A stretch of 63,932 bases of DNA, counting the filler, from Hyphochytrium catenoides (taxonomy: Eukaryota > Protista > Hyphochytriomycota), in the NCBI GenBank assembly GCA_900088475.1. It is 10 parts of 10 records of this genome, joined end to end, with 100 filler letters (N's around TTAATTAATTAA, not from the genome) between each part and the next. Parts side by side here need not be neighbours in the genome. Positions count along the whole stretch, not along the records: positions 24,031 to 26,473 come from FLMG01001120.1; positions 26,574 to 40,351 come from FLMG01001612.1; 8 more parts are not named here. The stretch is one strand, 5' to 3'. Below, in pieces: positions 24,031 through 35,191 of the stretch; the first letter of the stretch is position 1, and each line of letters opens with the position of its first letter. The translations under genes and the position numbers were made by a program. Below the pieces are notes generated by a model that saw only the letters and a list, made by a program, of their open reading frames with translations, was not told the origin of the DNA and made no database searches.

Positions 24031-24970
24031 GCCCTCCTCTTCTGACGGACGACGAGACAGAAGTAGGCGAAGACAGTTCTCTGCTTGGTGCTGCTTAGTA
24101 AATAATATGGTGACTGATGCCGGCGAGACGGTAGGGACTTTGACAGGTCTTTGCAGTGTGGCAGTGACTCAATATTATCTCAGAGCTTCAACAGGCTCTT
24201 ACGCTATCCTCTTTGCGGGGAGGAATTGACCGACGAAGAGCCGAGGTAAACAGAGTCAAGCAGGGGACGAAAGTCATTGATAATATTCAGGTCATAGGCG
24301 AGAAGACTATCGCAGCACAGCGGAGGAGCTCAGCAAGCATCAAGGGCCTACAGGAGCTGGCTAAGAACCAACACGAGGGACGTATCACGGAGGCCTCTGT
24401 ACTCTTGACCACCGGCGGGCCCAACGGTAAGTTATTACCAGCGCCGCCAGAGGTTGATGCCTTTTATGGGCTTACCTTCTTTTCTTTACTTTATCTCCGG
24501 TGGATCTCTCTTATGTTGCTGTCATCTTGATGAGGAGTTGATGGTGAGTAGAGTCCCTACAGCCGGGCAGTCTGAAAAGTTAGACGTTAGCATCACTTCT
24601 CTCGCAGCTCACCACGATGAAGTCACAGCACACTTCTGTACACTACCCTCCTCATCTTACAAAGACGAGAATGAGCTACGCCACCTCGCTCTTAACCATG
24701 CAGAGGCAGTCGTATTCCGAGATCTTTTGCCACCTTCTAATCTGCGAACACAAGGACATCATGTGTGCCAAATCTGTACCCTTTCTCTTCCCAGCATGGA
24801 TGTATATATCTGGCCCTATTTTCTAACTCTTTCTCCACCTTTCTCCGTGCAAGGGGCGCACTCTACTATGTGCTGCTTTTCCCTAGTGTCGAATGCGAGG
24901 AGAAGAGTAGAAAGATAGAATCATCAATTCGCTAGACAAGATGATGACGCCAACAATGGCTTCCAGCTGA
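24031..24970 (+). CDS. Hypothetical multi-exon protein, 3' fragment
   Basis: In-phase exons LQQALTLSSLRGGIDRRRAE|VIGEKTIAAQRRSS...TTGGPN|AGQSEKLDVSITSLAAHHDEVTAHFC...GHHVCQI|YKMMTPTMASS*. No family recognised. Confidence 0.4.
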
Positions 24971-26473
24971 GCCTCCCAAGGTCATTTTCTCGGTAGCACC
25001 CGCTCGGAGCAGCAGCGTTAGCCCTTCATGGATCCATCCATCATCATCTGGTGAATGAAGAATGAACCTTTACGAAACGCCGATGTCATTTATTATTGTC
25101 TTGTTAAGAGCCTTCCTCCTACTGACGCACATTTGTGACACATACGTTTAGGAAAAGCACAGCGAGACAGAGGCATAAGGCGCAAGAAGAAAATAAATGG
25201 ATGAAGTGCGGGTTCGTTTGCCAGTTGTGATACCTGTGATCTGACGCAGCAAGAGCTGCCCAGCTACCTGTTCTATAATGTACAGAGGTTCCAGGCTAGC
25301 GGCAACTGTCACCAGAAGGATAACCGATCAAGGCAAGAGAAGAAGAAAGCAAACGGGCAAGAAGTGAGCGTCAGCTCTGCTTCCTCTTTGTGACGCCGTC
25401 TGACACCGAGACGATGGCTTGATTGCCATGCCGAGAAGTTCAATATTTCTCATCATTGATTGAGCCTTCCTTTGATGTGATGACTGACGCGAGTCGGCAT
25501 CCGACCTCTTGCCTGCAATCTTACGCTCGTCTGCTATATGGCTTCTTCGCGAAAATAGGAGAGATGCAAGCATAATGTGTTCCTTCCCTTCGACTTAGAT
25601 AGGAGATTAATGTCAGAGGAAGGAAGGAAGCTTCGTGACAGATAGAGAGAGAGAGAGAGAGAGAAAGACGGGACAAGCTGGTTGAGGAGAGAGAAAGGGA
25701 GCTAGAAAGTATCCAGCTTCGTTTAATGGCGATGGACTCTAATCTTAGTACTGTTAATAGGGAGATCTATTCTTATGAGAGGAAGACTATAAAAAGCAGA
25801 AAATATGCATCTGTGCCCTTTCGTCTGTGGCCTGCGAGGATGAACCTATGAAGATCGTAGTAGAGAGCAAACGAGGGACAGGGAGAAGAGAAAGTGTTGC
25901 TTGCATCAGTGCCATGAGGATGATGGAGATAACAGAAGGAGATAGTAGAAGACCTGCCGCCAGGGACGGGAAGATCTCAATTAACAATTCTATTAGCAGC
26001 AGCAGCTGAGGCACAAGAGCATTCCAGCCCCGGTAACAATAGAACAACATCCCTGGCTGGTGATCGCCACTTTGCAAGAGGCAGAGCAAAGAAGGAGATA
26101 GCAGGCAACAAAACCACCAGGCAGGAGAGAAGAGAAAGAAGCAGGCACGGCACACAACTCGAGCAAGAGATTCTTAGTGGTTTTCCTGCGAAAGAGGGTT
26201 ATAGGACGTCGCCGGTCAGACATCCAACAAAAGCGACAGAGAACTTATGTAGAGCATCTTTTTTTCTTGATGGATGACAGGAGGAAGGGAAGATGGAGAT
26301 TGTACGAAGGGAGAGAGACAGAGAGCCAGACGAGAAAGAAAGGGAAATGACAGAGACAGTGAGAGGGGGGAAGGAAACAAAGAGAGAGCGCTAGCTCCAA
26401 AAGAGCTAGAGAGAGAGAGAGAGAGAGGCACACACACAAACTGCCATAGAGACAAAAAGAGAGAGAGAGAGAG

Positions 26474-26573
26474 NNNNNNNNNNNNNNNNNNNNNNNNNNN
26501 NNNNNNNNNNNNNNNNNTTAATTAATTAANNNNNNNNNNNNNNNNNNNNNNNNNNNNNNNNNNNNNNNNNNNN
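26474..26573. other. Artificial scaffold linker
   Basis: N44-TTAATTAATTAA-N44. Confidence 0.97.
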
Positions 26574-27265
26574 GAGAAGAGAAAGGGAAGTGAGAGAATA
26601 ATAGAGCAACTTGACTGTAGGCATAAGAACACTGTTGTCACAAGGGTGACTGCGGAATAAACGCCAGTGCAGTGGAGAAAGACTAGTAGTGGTCGATAGA
26701 GTAGCAGAGACAAGTTAGGCCCCGTCCACCGTCCCCCCAACAGCCACGAGGAGGACAGAGAGAGCTGGCCTGTAATGACAGACAGCAAAAGCAGTACTAA
26801 TTCTCAGATAATGAGACATCAAAAAGAAAGGGAAAGTCTAAGACAGTACCTTCGTTTGCTCTCTCTCTCTCTTCTCTTTCTCTCTTTCTCTCTCTCTCTC
26901 TCTCTTTCTTCTCTCTCTCTCTCTCTCTCTTTCTGTCGCACTTGCCTTCCCCCACTTACTCTCTTTCCCTCTCTCTGTTCGTCTTCTCTCTCGCTTACTA
27001 CTTTCCCTTCCTCTCTCTTCTCTTATCCTTCCTTTCTCCTCCTCTTGCTTGCTTGCTCTCTTCTTCCTTAGACCCTTCTCGGGCTCTGTTCCTTCTCTCT
27101 TCTCTCCCTGCCTGCCTTCTCCCACTCTCTCTCTTTCATTATTGAATCTGCCATCAACAAAACGGACCAACAGCAGCAGGGCAGAAGGCCTTTCTGATAC
27201 TTATCATCCTACTAGGAGAGAAAAAGTCTCGGTAGACAGGTCAGGAGGTTCGAGAGGAATATACA

Positions 27266-28030
27266 ATGCACAGTGGCCAGCTTCACAAAAAAGAAGAGCG
27301 AGACACCTCCAAACGTGACATTCTCTTCGCTGCAACCCCGGGATGTGCCGAGGAAGGACAAGAAGTGACTGCCGTGGCTAACTATGGGATAGTTGCCGAC
27401 GAAGAGAACAAGGAGACAAGGAGGAAGTTTGTCTGTGCTCTCGGGGTGAGCAAGAACATCGGAGGCTCTAAAGGGCAAGCTCTTCACATCACAGCGGCTT
27501 GCCTTCTTTCTCTTGCAGCCATTATCTCCCTGAACGGTCTAGGAACAGTCTTTCAAGAACGGAGCCGCGTGCAGATTCTTGTCACTGTTATTCTCTCACT
27601 TGGAGCCAACGCCGGAGTTCTTCTCACCTATCGAACGCTGAAAGCTATGGCAGGAGAACGAGAGAGAGCGTGGGTTGTCGCACTGCTTGCTGCCTTGTCT
27701 GTTTCTCTCTTCGGAGTTGGCTTGGACTTTACGCTTAACAGGACTTTGCCCGTCTGCTCCGGCAATGTAGAGGAAGAGATGAGCGGCAGTGATGGTGGAG
27801 GACGAACAGGAGATGAAGAGGGGGCGAAAGACCTGCCCTGCGCTCAGGATGCAATCGCTAGTGCGCTTACTCTGACCTCTTCAGTCTTAATGGCGGTCAT
27901 TGTCCTTCTGTCTTTTGAGAAAAGGGAGAGAGAAACCATTGAGAAGCCCATCGATCTTCCTGATGGCGCTGACGTGAATGCTGAGACTCTAGCTGTACCA
28001 GTAAGCCTATCGATTGCAGTGAGCGGATGA
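27266..28030 (+). CDS. Hypothetical membrane protein, ~4 TM helices (254 aa)
   Basis: Intronless non-repetitive ORF with four hydrophobic segments (ALHITAACLLSLAAIISL, VQILVTVILSLGANAGVLL, WVVALLAALSVSLFGVGL, AIASALTLTSSVLMAVIVLLSF). Confidence 0.7.
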   Translation: MHSGQLHKKEERDTSKRDILFAATPGCAEEGQEVTAVANYGIVADEENKETRRKFVCALGVSKNIGGSKGQALHITAACLLSLAAIISLNGLGTVFQERSRVQILVTVILSLGANAGVLLTYRTLKAMAGERERAWVVALLAALSVSLFGVGLDFTLNRTLPVCSGNVEEEMSGSDGGGRTGDEEGAKDLPCAQDAIASALTLTSSVLMAVIVLLSFEKRERETIEKPIDLPDGADVNAETLAVPVSLSIAVSG

Positions 28031-28583
28031 GGGGACTGCTATTCCTCTTGCCTCATTCTCCCTACCTCATTTCCATCCGTTCCTCTGCCTTCTCTCCTCT
28101 CCCGGCCGCCCCTAACGGGCGAGGGACACGGAGCACCACATTTTCTCTTTCAGGAGCGCGTTAGGCCCATCATGAGCCAGAGAAGACATAGAGACACCAC
28201 GAGAAGAAAGCTGTAAATACATGGAGATATACATTTTTGCAGCCCACAGTTGCCAAAACAACAGCTTTCCCTCATTACTCAACATGTCTTTGGAGCCAGA
28301 GAGCTCTCTATACTTGCTTGGACGCCAGGTGCTCACCCTATGACTGGCACCTTAGTCGAGCCCTCTTCTCTTTGAAAATTAGAGTGACAGTCGAGAAGGT
28401 CTCTCTCTCTCTTTCTTTATTTAGCATGGTTATTAGGAAGGACATTATTCATTATGTGCGGGTGAGGACAGTCTTCTTCTTGAGCGAAAGAAAAGAGACT
28501 TCTTCTGAACCTCTTCTTCTCCAGCAGCACTTGCCTTCCTCTACTAAGCTTAGTTCTCTCCCTCTGCTACATTGTCTAGCTTC

Positions 28584-29471
28584 CTAATTGCTAGGCTCAT
28601 AGCGATAGAAGCCAAGAGCACCGTCCCATATCTTCTCTTCTGAGACGTTTCTTCCCGTTCTAGGTGCACTGATCATCTTGTTGTTGCCCACATAGATGCC
28701 TACATGGAAGACAGACGCCTCACTTTCACCAAAGAAGACGAGGTCTCCTTCTTTCTCTTGCTTGGCAGTCACCGCTTTCACCTTCTTGATCTGGGTCTTG
28801 GTGCTTCCTCCTCCCAAGACGTCGGAGCCGTAGGTCAAAGAGTAGATCCAACGTGCAAAGCCAGAGCAGTCAAAGCCCACTGTCCTGTCTGCCTCGCACG
28901 GTGTTGGTCCAGAGTAGCCACAGTTGTTACAGCAGCCTAATGTAGGCCCAGGAGAGGCTCCATGGCCTCCCATCCAGCTATAAGGGATGATTCCACCTCC
29001 CCATACGTCCATCTTCTCTCCCTTAGCTGCCTTCCGCGCCCAGCTGGCTGCGTCCCCTTCCGGAGCCACAGTGGGCTTAGGTGGAGCCACAGTGGGCTTA
29101 GGTGTTGCCACAGTGGGCTTAGCCGTTGAAGGCGCTGGAGGCAAGCAGCATTTAAAATAGTCAGGTCCTCTACAGGCCCCAGAGTGCAGCGTCCCAGAGC
29201 ACTGTCCGGGAACCTTGGCAGACTGGCACATTCCTGGCCGGTCATTAGCTGTGCAAGGGACGAAGATGCAGCATTGAAAGTCTGCAGGGCCTGGACAAAA
29301 GCCACTAACACTGCCACCGCCCTTAGCGCTGCACTGCGCAGTGTTCATGCAGGTACCAGAATAGCCGAAAGAGACAGTGCATGATTCTGCGACAGACTCC
29401 ACGCCAAACCAGAGAACGGAGGCAGTGGCTGCCAGAGAGAGAAGAAGAGCTTCTTTTCGGAGCATCATCAT
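28584..29471 (-). CDS. Secreted NlpC/P60 (C40) peptidoglycan endopeptidase with two N-terminal 6-Cys repeats
   Basis: Signal peptide (LRKEALLLSLAATASVLWFGVESVA), two C...C...C...C...CC modules and a KPTVA repeat linker. Catalytic domain motifs IPYSWMGG, GFDCSGF, GDLVFFG, FHVGIYVG, MISAP. No introns. Confidence 0.93.
   Translation of the reverse strand: MMMLRKEALLLSLAATASVLWFGVESVAESCTVSFGYSGTCMNTAQCSAKGGGSVSGFCPGPADFQCCIFVPCTANDRPGMCQSAKVPGQCSGTLHSGACRGPDYFKCCLPPAPSTAKPTVATPKPTVAPPKPTVAPEGDAASWARKAAKGEKMDVWGGGIIPYSWMGGHGASPGPTLGCCNNCGYSGPTPCEADRTVGFDCSGFARWIYSLTYGSDVLGGGSTKTQIKKVKAVTAKQEKEGDLVFFGESEASVFHVGIYVGNNKMISAPRTGRNVSEEKIWDGALGFYRYEPSN
29065..29122. repeat. 21-bp coding minisatellite x~2.8 (KPTVA linker repeat of NlpC/P60)
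   Basis: gccacagtgggcttaggtgga / gccacagtgggcttaggtgtt / gccacagtgggcttag. Confidence 0.9.
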
Positions 29472-30405
29472 CTTTCTTTGATCTTTCGGGTCTTGGTGGT
29501 CGAAGGCTGGTTGGTGGCTGCAGGGAAGTTGGAAAGTGAGAAAGTATCAGAAGGCGCTCCACAAGCTGAATCTCTCAGCCACCCTCCTGACTGCCATGCA
29601 TGCCAAGATGGATCTAGCCTGCCACTGCTCGTTCGTCTTCGAACAGCCATGGAAGAAAAAGGAAGAAGCGAATCCTTTTGGTGGTAGACCGGGAACGAGT
29701 GCAATGTGTGGACGGGTGCTCTGCTCGCCTCTTCTCGAGCTCTTCTCCTTCTTCCTCGTCTCCTTTTGCAGGTGGTGCTATTCCTACATTGTCTGCTGCC
29801 ATGACTTGGGTTCTAGGTGTTGCCTCTTGCTTTTGAACCGCCAACACAACGTACCGTTTCAGAGCCAACATAAAATTCTCTCATACTCTCTGTCTCTTCT
29901 CTCTCTCTTTTCTTCTATCTCTATTCCCTATCTCCTTGTTTGTCCTATCTCTCTTTCCATTGTCTCATTCAGTTCCCTCTCATCTTCAAAAAATACTTCC
30001 GTTTGGCTGAGTGGATTGAGCGGTCTTAGGCACCAGTCCAAAGGGAGTGAGCCGGGATCTTTGCCAGCTTGTCGCGTTTATTCAGATGACAAGGATCTCA
30101 TCCCGACTCTGAAGTGCTTGTCAGTCAACATTGACCTTCTCTTCTCGTCTTCTTCTTTTGGTCAGCTCGCTCCCTAGTGCTTCTCAGTTAGTCGGACCTT
30201 CTTTGACGACTCTGTCTCGAGTCTCCTTCCATTTTCTCTCCCTTTCGCCCAGAATTCAACTCCCTGTCCTTACGTCTCTCACACTCTGACTCTCAAGTCT
30301 ATGTCTCTCCTTTCCTGTGTCTCGTTCTTCTCTCTTTTGTCTTGAACGGAAGTTGACGTCTGCGACCAATAACACTAGTAGACGAGGAACCAGCATGGAA
30401 GGATG

Positions 30406-30645
30406 TCAGCCTGGAGGAGACGAGAGAACGCGGAACGGGGTAGGAAAGGGCACTGTCCAGAACTGCCAAGCAACGCCTCTGTAACCTGAGACAAGCCCTT
30501 GTTGGACGAGACGAGAGAACGCTGAACAGGAGGAACCATCATAAGATAAGCTTCCAACAAGGGTGCCCAGCGTTCTCTCGTCTGGTCCAGGCTGAACAGG
30601 GTAGGAAAGGGTACAGTCCAGAACTGCCAAGCAACGCCTCTGGAA
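30406..30645. repeat. Compound direct + inverted repeat element
   Basis: ~50-bp direct repeat GTAGGAAAGGGYACWGTCCAGAACTGCCAAGCAACGCCTCTG (~30440 and ~30601). GAGACGAGAGAACGC occurs at ~30417 and ~30508, with a reverse-complement copy at ~30568-30595. CCCTTGTTGGA (30496) pairs with TCCAACAAGGG (30553). Confidence 0.8.
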
Positions 30646-31622
30646 GGATCATAAGAGCAATCTTTGATGGTAAAAAGCTAGACAAGGGCAGACCGTCCAG
30701 ATCATCATCTTCGCTTCTTGCCGACATCTGGTCTGTCGGCAAGAGGAGGGAAGAACAGTGCAAGAAGGATGATGGAGGGAAAGAACGGAGAGAAGTGGTA
30801 GGGGAGATAGAGCATCAGGGAAAGGCGTAGGAGAATAGCTAGGAGAAAAACAAAGCGGAAGAAAGATTGACATCAAGAGAGGGACAGACTCACTGCCAAC
30901 GGGTCACAGAGAGACAAAGAGAGACGAGAGAAAGGGAGACAGAGAGAGAGAAAAGAGAAAGAGAGAGAAAGAAGAGAGAGAGAGAGAAAAAAGAAAGACA
31001 CAGAGAGAGAGAGAGAGAGAGAATGAGAGAGAGAGAGAGAGAGAGAGAGATCAGGATCAAAGAGACCATCACTCTGACAAGTGAGCCGTCCAAAAGATAC
31101 TGTACCCTTTCCCGATGTACACGTACAACGCACCTTCCTTCCTCCTAATATTGACAATGGGAGGACACCCTTCTTGCCTGTCTCCGTCACGAACAGCGTT
31201 TCTCCAAAGGTTGTTCTGATCTTCTGATGGTCCTTGCTTGTGAGGAGCTTGATCTTCTGCAATTCATCGGTCTTGGTTCTTCTTGAGGCAACATTTGCTG
31301 CTGCACTGACAAGGTTCAGCATCAAAGGAAAAGGAACACTCTTAGCTGTTGCAGCGTTGCTGCTGCAGGGAATGGTGAAGGATAGTAGACAAAGCAGAGA
31401 TCGGCATAGCTATAGACTAAAGAAGAAGACATATGTCGGACGGGGTCGTAGTGGGGTGATGAATGAGGAAGAGCGGAGGGAGAATGTAAGTAGTAGTATG
31501 AGGGCAGCGCGGTAGATGGGGCCTGCAGGTCACCTCGTAGTTTGCAGGGCAACCCTTTGTATGCGGCCCAGTTCTTCATCAGTCAGTCACGTTTCTCTAT
31601 GACTAGACATCGAGCGGGTAAC

Positions 31623-34318
31623 CTACTGAATAGGCAGCCAGGGCAATTCGTCGCAGAAAGGAGGAGACTTGTGGTGTTCATAGCTTAAGCACGATATTGT
31701 CCTAAAGGAGATGAATGCATGGAAGCAGGCATAAGCTCTTCTTCGTCGCGGCAAGAATAATAAAAGCGTGATGCTCCTTTCTTCTTAGCCCGCTGCCCGC
31801 TCAACATCTGCAACGGGTCTCCCACAATAGGTTTCCGGCATCAGCTCGTCTTCTCATCGTTACATATTCGCCTCTTCTTATAATGCCTAATGACATAAAC
31901 ACCATCATCATCATTAAAGTAACCTATTGAGAGTTGCACTGCTACAAATAGCACCTCTGCTTGTTGCTCCAAACTGGGCGGTCCATCTCCTCTAAGGTGA
32001 CAGTTAACCCTTGGCCAGCGCCCTCGTGATAGGAGATGATTAGGGTTGCGTCTCGCTATGAATCATAACTGTCAAGCTAACCAGGGCTTCGTCTGCTTCT
32101 GGAGGCTTACAGTTAGTCAGATAACGAAGCCATGAGAAAAGCAAAATACCTCTTTGATCCATGGCAATACCTCTAACTACTGGCGTTCACTTCCTCGGGA
32201 CGAGCATGTTGTTGACGGAAAGAGACCAACAGTTCTGTTACTTAGCCTTTATGACGCCAACCGCTGGTGCAATATCATAAATAAGCCTGTCATTTAATAA
32301 ACATATCTATAGAGGTTGCTGGTAGGGCAAAGCGGTCGCAGAGACTCTTATCCTTACACTGAAGACGCGATAGCTCCGGCGACTATACTACCTTCCAACT
32401 CTCGGTTTCCGAAGCCTCATCATCCAACTCTTCAAAAGAAAGACAAGTCTTCGTGATAGTCTTGAGAGAAGCCAAGGCAGATGCGCACATAAGACGGCCT
32501 CTTACTTTAGTGCTAATTCTCTGGTAGTCCAAAGAAGTGTAAGAAGAACTTTTCTCTTAGTAGAAGCATCCCGCCATCTGTCGCTACTCGGCTAACCGAG
32601 CTTGCGTGCTGATAACTGCTGTTCCTGCTGCTACGAAGCAATGTCGACAGCAAGATTCCATGTTCTGTTGCTGAATAAACAGACAACGATCTCACGTTGG
32701 CCAGCTTCGTCATAAGCTGCTATAATCCTTTCTGCTTTGCACAGTTATCACCTTGACATCAGTCCTTGAGAGGCCGTTAAGCAGACCTCGAATGATACTG
32801 CGACAATGTTCTGCATTAGATCTTCATGACGGTGGTTGATGACAAGCGGGTACTTTTAGCGGAGCTGAGTAATGTCCGTCCATGTTGATACCTTCCGTCT
32901 CGGCCTCATGACGAACTTTGGAGGGCTCTGCATAGTTGAATGTAGAAGATAACGTATGGACCTGAAGGAGACAGACGTCAGAGAATCGAGACAGTCGGCC
33001 CGGTCATCATCGTCTCCTAGTCGACAGGAATCTCAGATACTAGGAACAAGAAAGAACCACGGCTAGTTCTCCCTATAGTCCTGAGACCCTTTTTGATAAG
33101 AGTACAACCCCTGCTGTCTCGAGCAAGGATCAGCCTCAGAAGTATACTCTCGACGAGAGCAAGCAAACAAGCTGTCAGTGGCAGTACTATCACGACTAGC
33201 AATGGAAAGCAATCCTCCCCTAAAGGTTCCAGATAGACGGTACGTAGTGCACCACAGCGGTCCTGAATGGCATGGGAGTCTGGAAGGAAGGCAACAAGCT
33301 ACAAGCCCTACTTCACTGCTCACCAGTTCCAACAAACACCGGTAGTCTGCCGCACAGAGTCCGTTACAATCAGATCATCGCAGACGGGTGTCTTTCCACA
33401 GCAGTGTGGCTTTCTGTGTATCTCATGTGCTCTCTCTCTCTCTCTCTCTACCTACCTATCTCTACCTATCTCTTTCTCTTTCTCTCTCTCTCTCTCTCNN
33501 NNNNNNNNCTCTCTCTCTCCTCTCTCTCTCTTTTTATCTACGTCTAATCCTATATTATCTACTATCTGTGGGCGGGAAGCCGCCCATCAGCCAGCAAACT
33601 CAGTGACGGACCCCTGGTAGTAGTTCTATCATCATTTGCAACTGGTTTTTAGTACTCCGTAGAACTACTGATCTAACTAAGGATAAACAGTATTTACACT
33701 GATATGCTAGACCTCATTGACCACGTAACAAGCTACCTACCAAGACTGCTAATGAATATGACTCGTCAGTATAAATGGAAAGGAGGGCAACCACTACTTA
33801 GCTGTACTACGCACTATGCAGATCCATTATTGTCAACTGTTTTACTAAAGTCAAGCACAAGCCTGACGTGGTCAGGCAAGGGGAAGGAACTGAGAATCCA
33901 GGTGGTCGTTGGAAATGGACCGTCCTTTCTTTCTATTGATCAGAGACAGGGAGCAGCAACTTTAGGTTAGTTCGTAGAACTACTAGCCAAGCCATCGCCG
34001 TCGTTCCCACATCACGTTATTATTAGAGAATTAACTGATGGAGGTCTCAACTCACGCGAGTGGTGGTGAAAGAGACAGCACAACTCTAGCCACAGGGATG
34101 ACGTGTCCAAGTAGTAGTAGCTCTCTGGCATGTCGACATTGCTATGACTGATAACAGTAGAGAAGGAAAACGGTAGAAGGACAATTTGAAGCAGATGGGT
34201 CATGATAATTTATGAGAGGTGAACTGTTCGAGCTCAGTTGTCGTTCTACAGGTACCATGTTCTCAGGAGAATCGGTAATCTCCTTCATCGACCAGAAGAG
34301 ACATTCCTTGTTCGGCAT
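31623..34318 (-). CDS. Hypothetical intron-dense gene of short exons
   Basis: Phase-compatible pieces MPNKECLFWSMKEITDSPENM|QCRHARELLLLGHVIPVARVVLSLSPPLA|RKDGPFPTTTWILSSFPLPDH ... ELDDEASETESWK|ICLLNDRLIYDIAPA|LEVLPWIKE|KQTKP.... The middle is not resolved and no family was recognised. Confidence 0.3.
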
Positions 34319-35191
34319 TGCAACGCTTGTGGGCAGCTTGCTACTGTTTCACATTAGACAGAGCAGGAAGAGAGTAGAACTACTTCAGTGAGAAGGAAAA
34401 GGATGCCTAGAGGCCTAGAGTAAGTAAATGATAAGGCATGGAAAAGGATTAGGAGAAAGAAAAGAAGGACTGAGACTGAGTTGCTGGGGATCAGTTGTGA
34501 GAGAAAGAAAAGACGGATTAAGGGAGAAGGAAGCAACAAGTAAGAGAAAGAGAGACAAAGCGAGTGAACGAGACAGAGATGAGATGGTGAGGAGAGCCAG
34601 GGACAGAGGGGAGAACTAGAGAGTGTGAGAAAAGAGAGGAAGAGAGTGATGAGAGTGGATGTTATGATGTAACAACCCATAGCCGTCAAGGCTGGAGGCT
34701 AGTGACACCGTTTCCCTCCTGTCGGATCAGCTCTGAGCACATGAGCTGAGAACAGCGGGATCCGAAGGAAGGGAAAGAATCTATAGAAGTCCAGCACTGA
34801 TAGGAGCATGCTCATCCATAGAAGTTCTGATGCTGCTACCACTGACAATTGAAGAGATATCTCCCTTGCATCTTTCACCCTAGCGTGCCTGTAGCCCTTT
34901 ATGCCTTCAGCGACAACCAAACCATAAACTCTATCCTGTCTTCTCCTCCTCCTCTTATCGATTGATGGGTGCCTATGGCGCAGGAGTAGTCTTCTGGGAT
35001 GCATTTCTTGGTCCCGATAGAAATGGACAACCAAAGAGAGGTCGCTGCCCTTCTTTCAACAATCATCATTCCGCAATTTGCAGTGCCCATCTCAAGATCG
35101 ATCAGCAAGCATTCAGCCAACAGCTAGGCGTCACAAGCACTCCGCAGCGATAGTAAGACAGAGGACGCGAGCCTCACCTTTCACCGTCACC

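Noticed and set aside
25197-25248. Possible C/D-box snoRNA (TGGATGA...CTGA)
   Set aside because: Degenerate C box, short, no terminal stem and no exact rRNA-complementary guide that I could verify.
30406-30645. CRISPR-like array
   Set aside because: Only two to three irregular copies, mixed orientation, no regular spacers, no cas genes, eukaryotic context.
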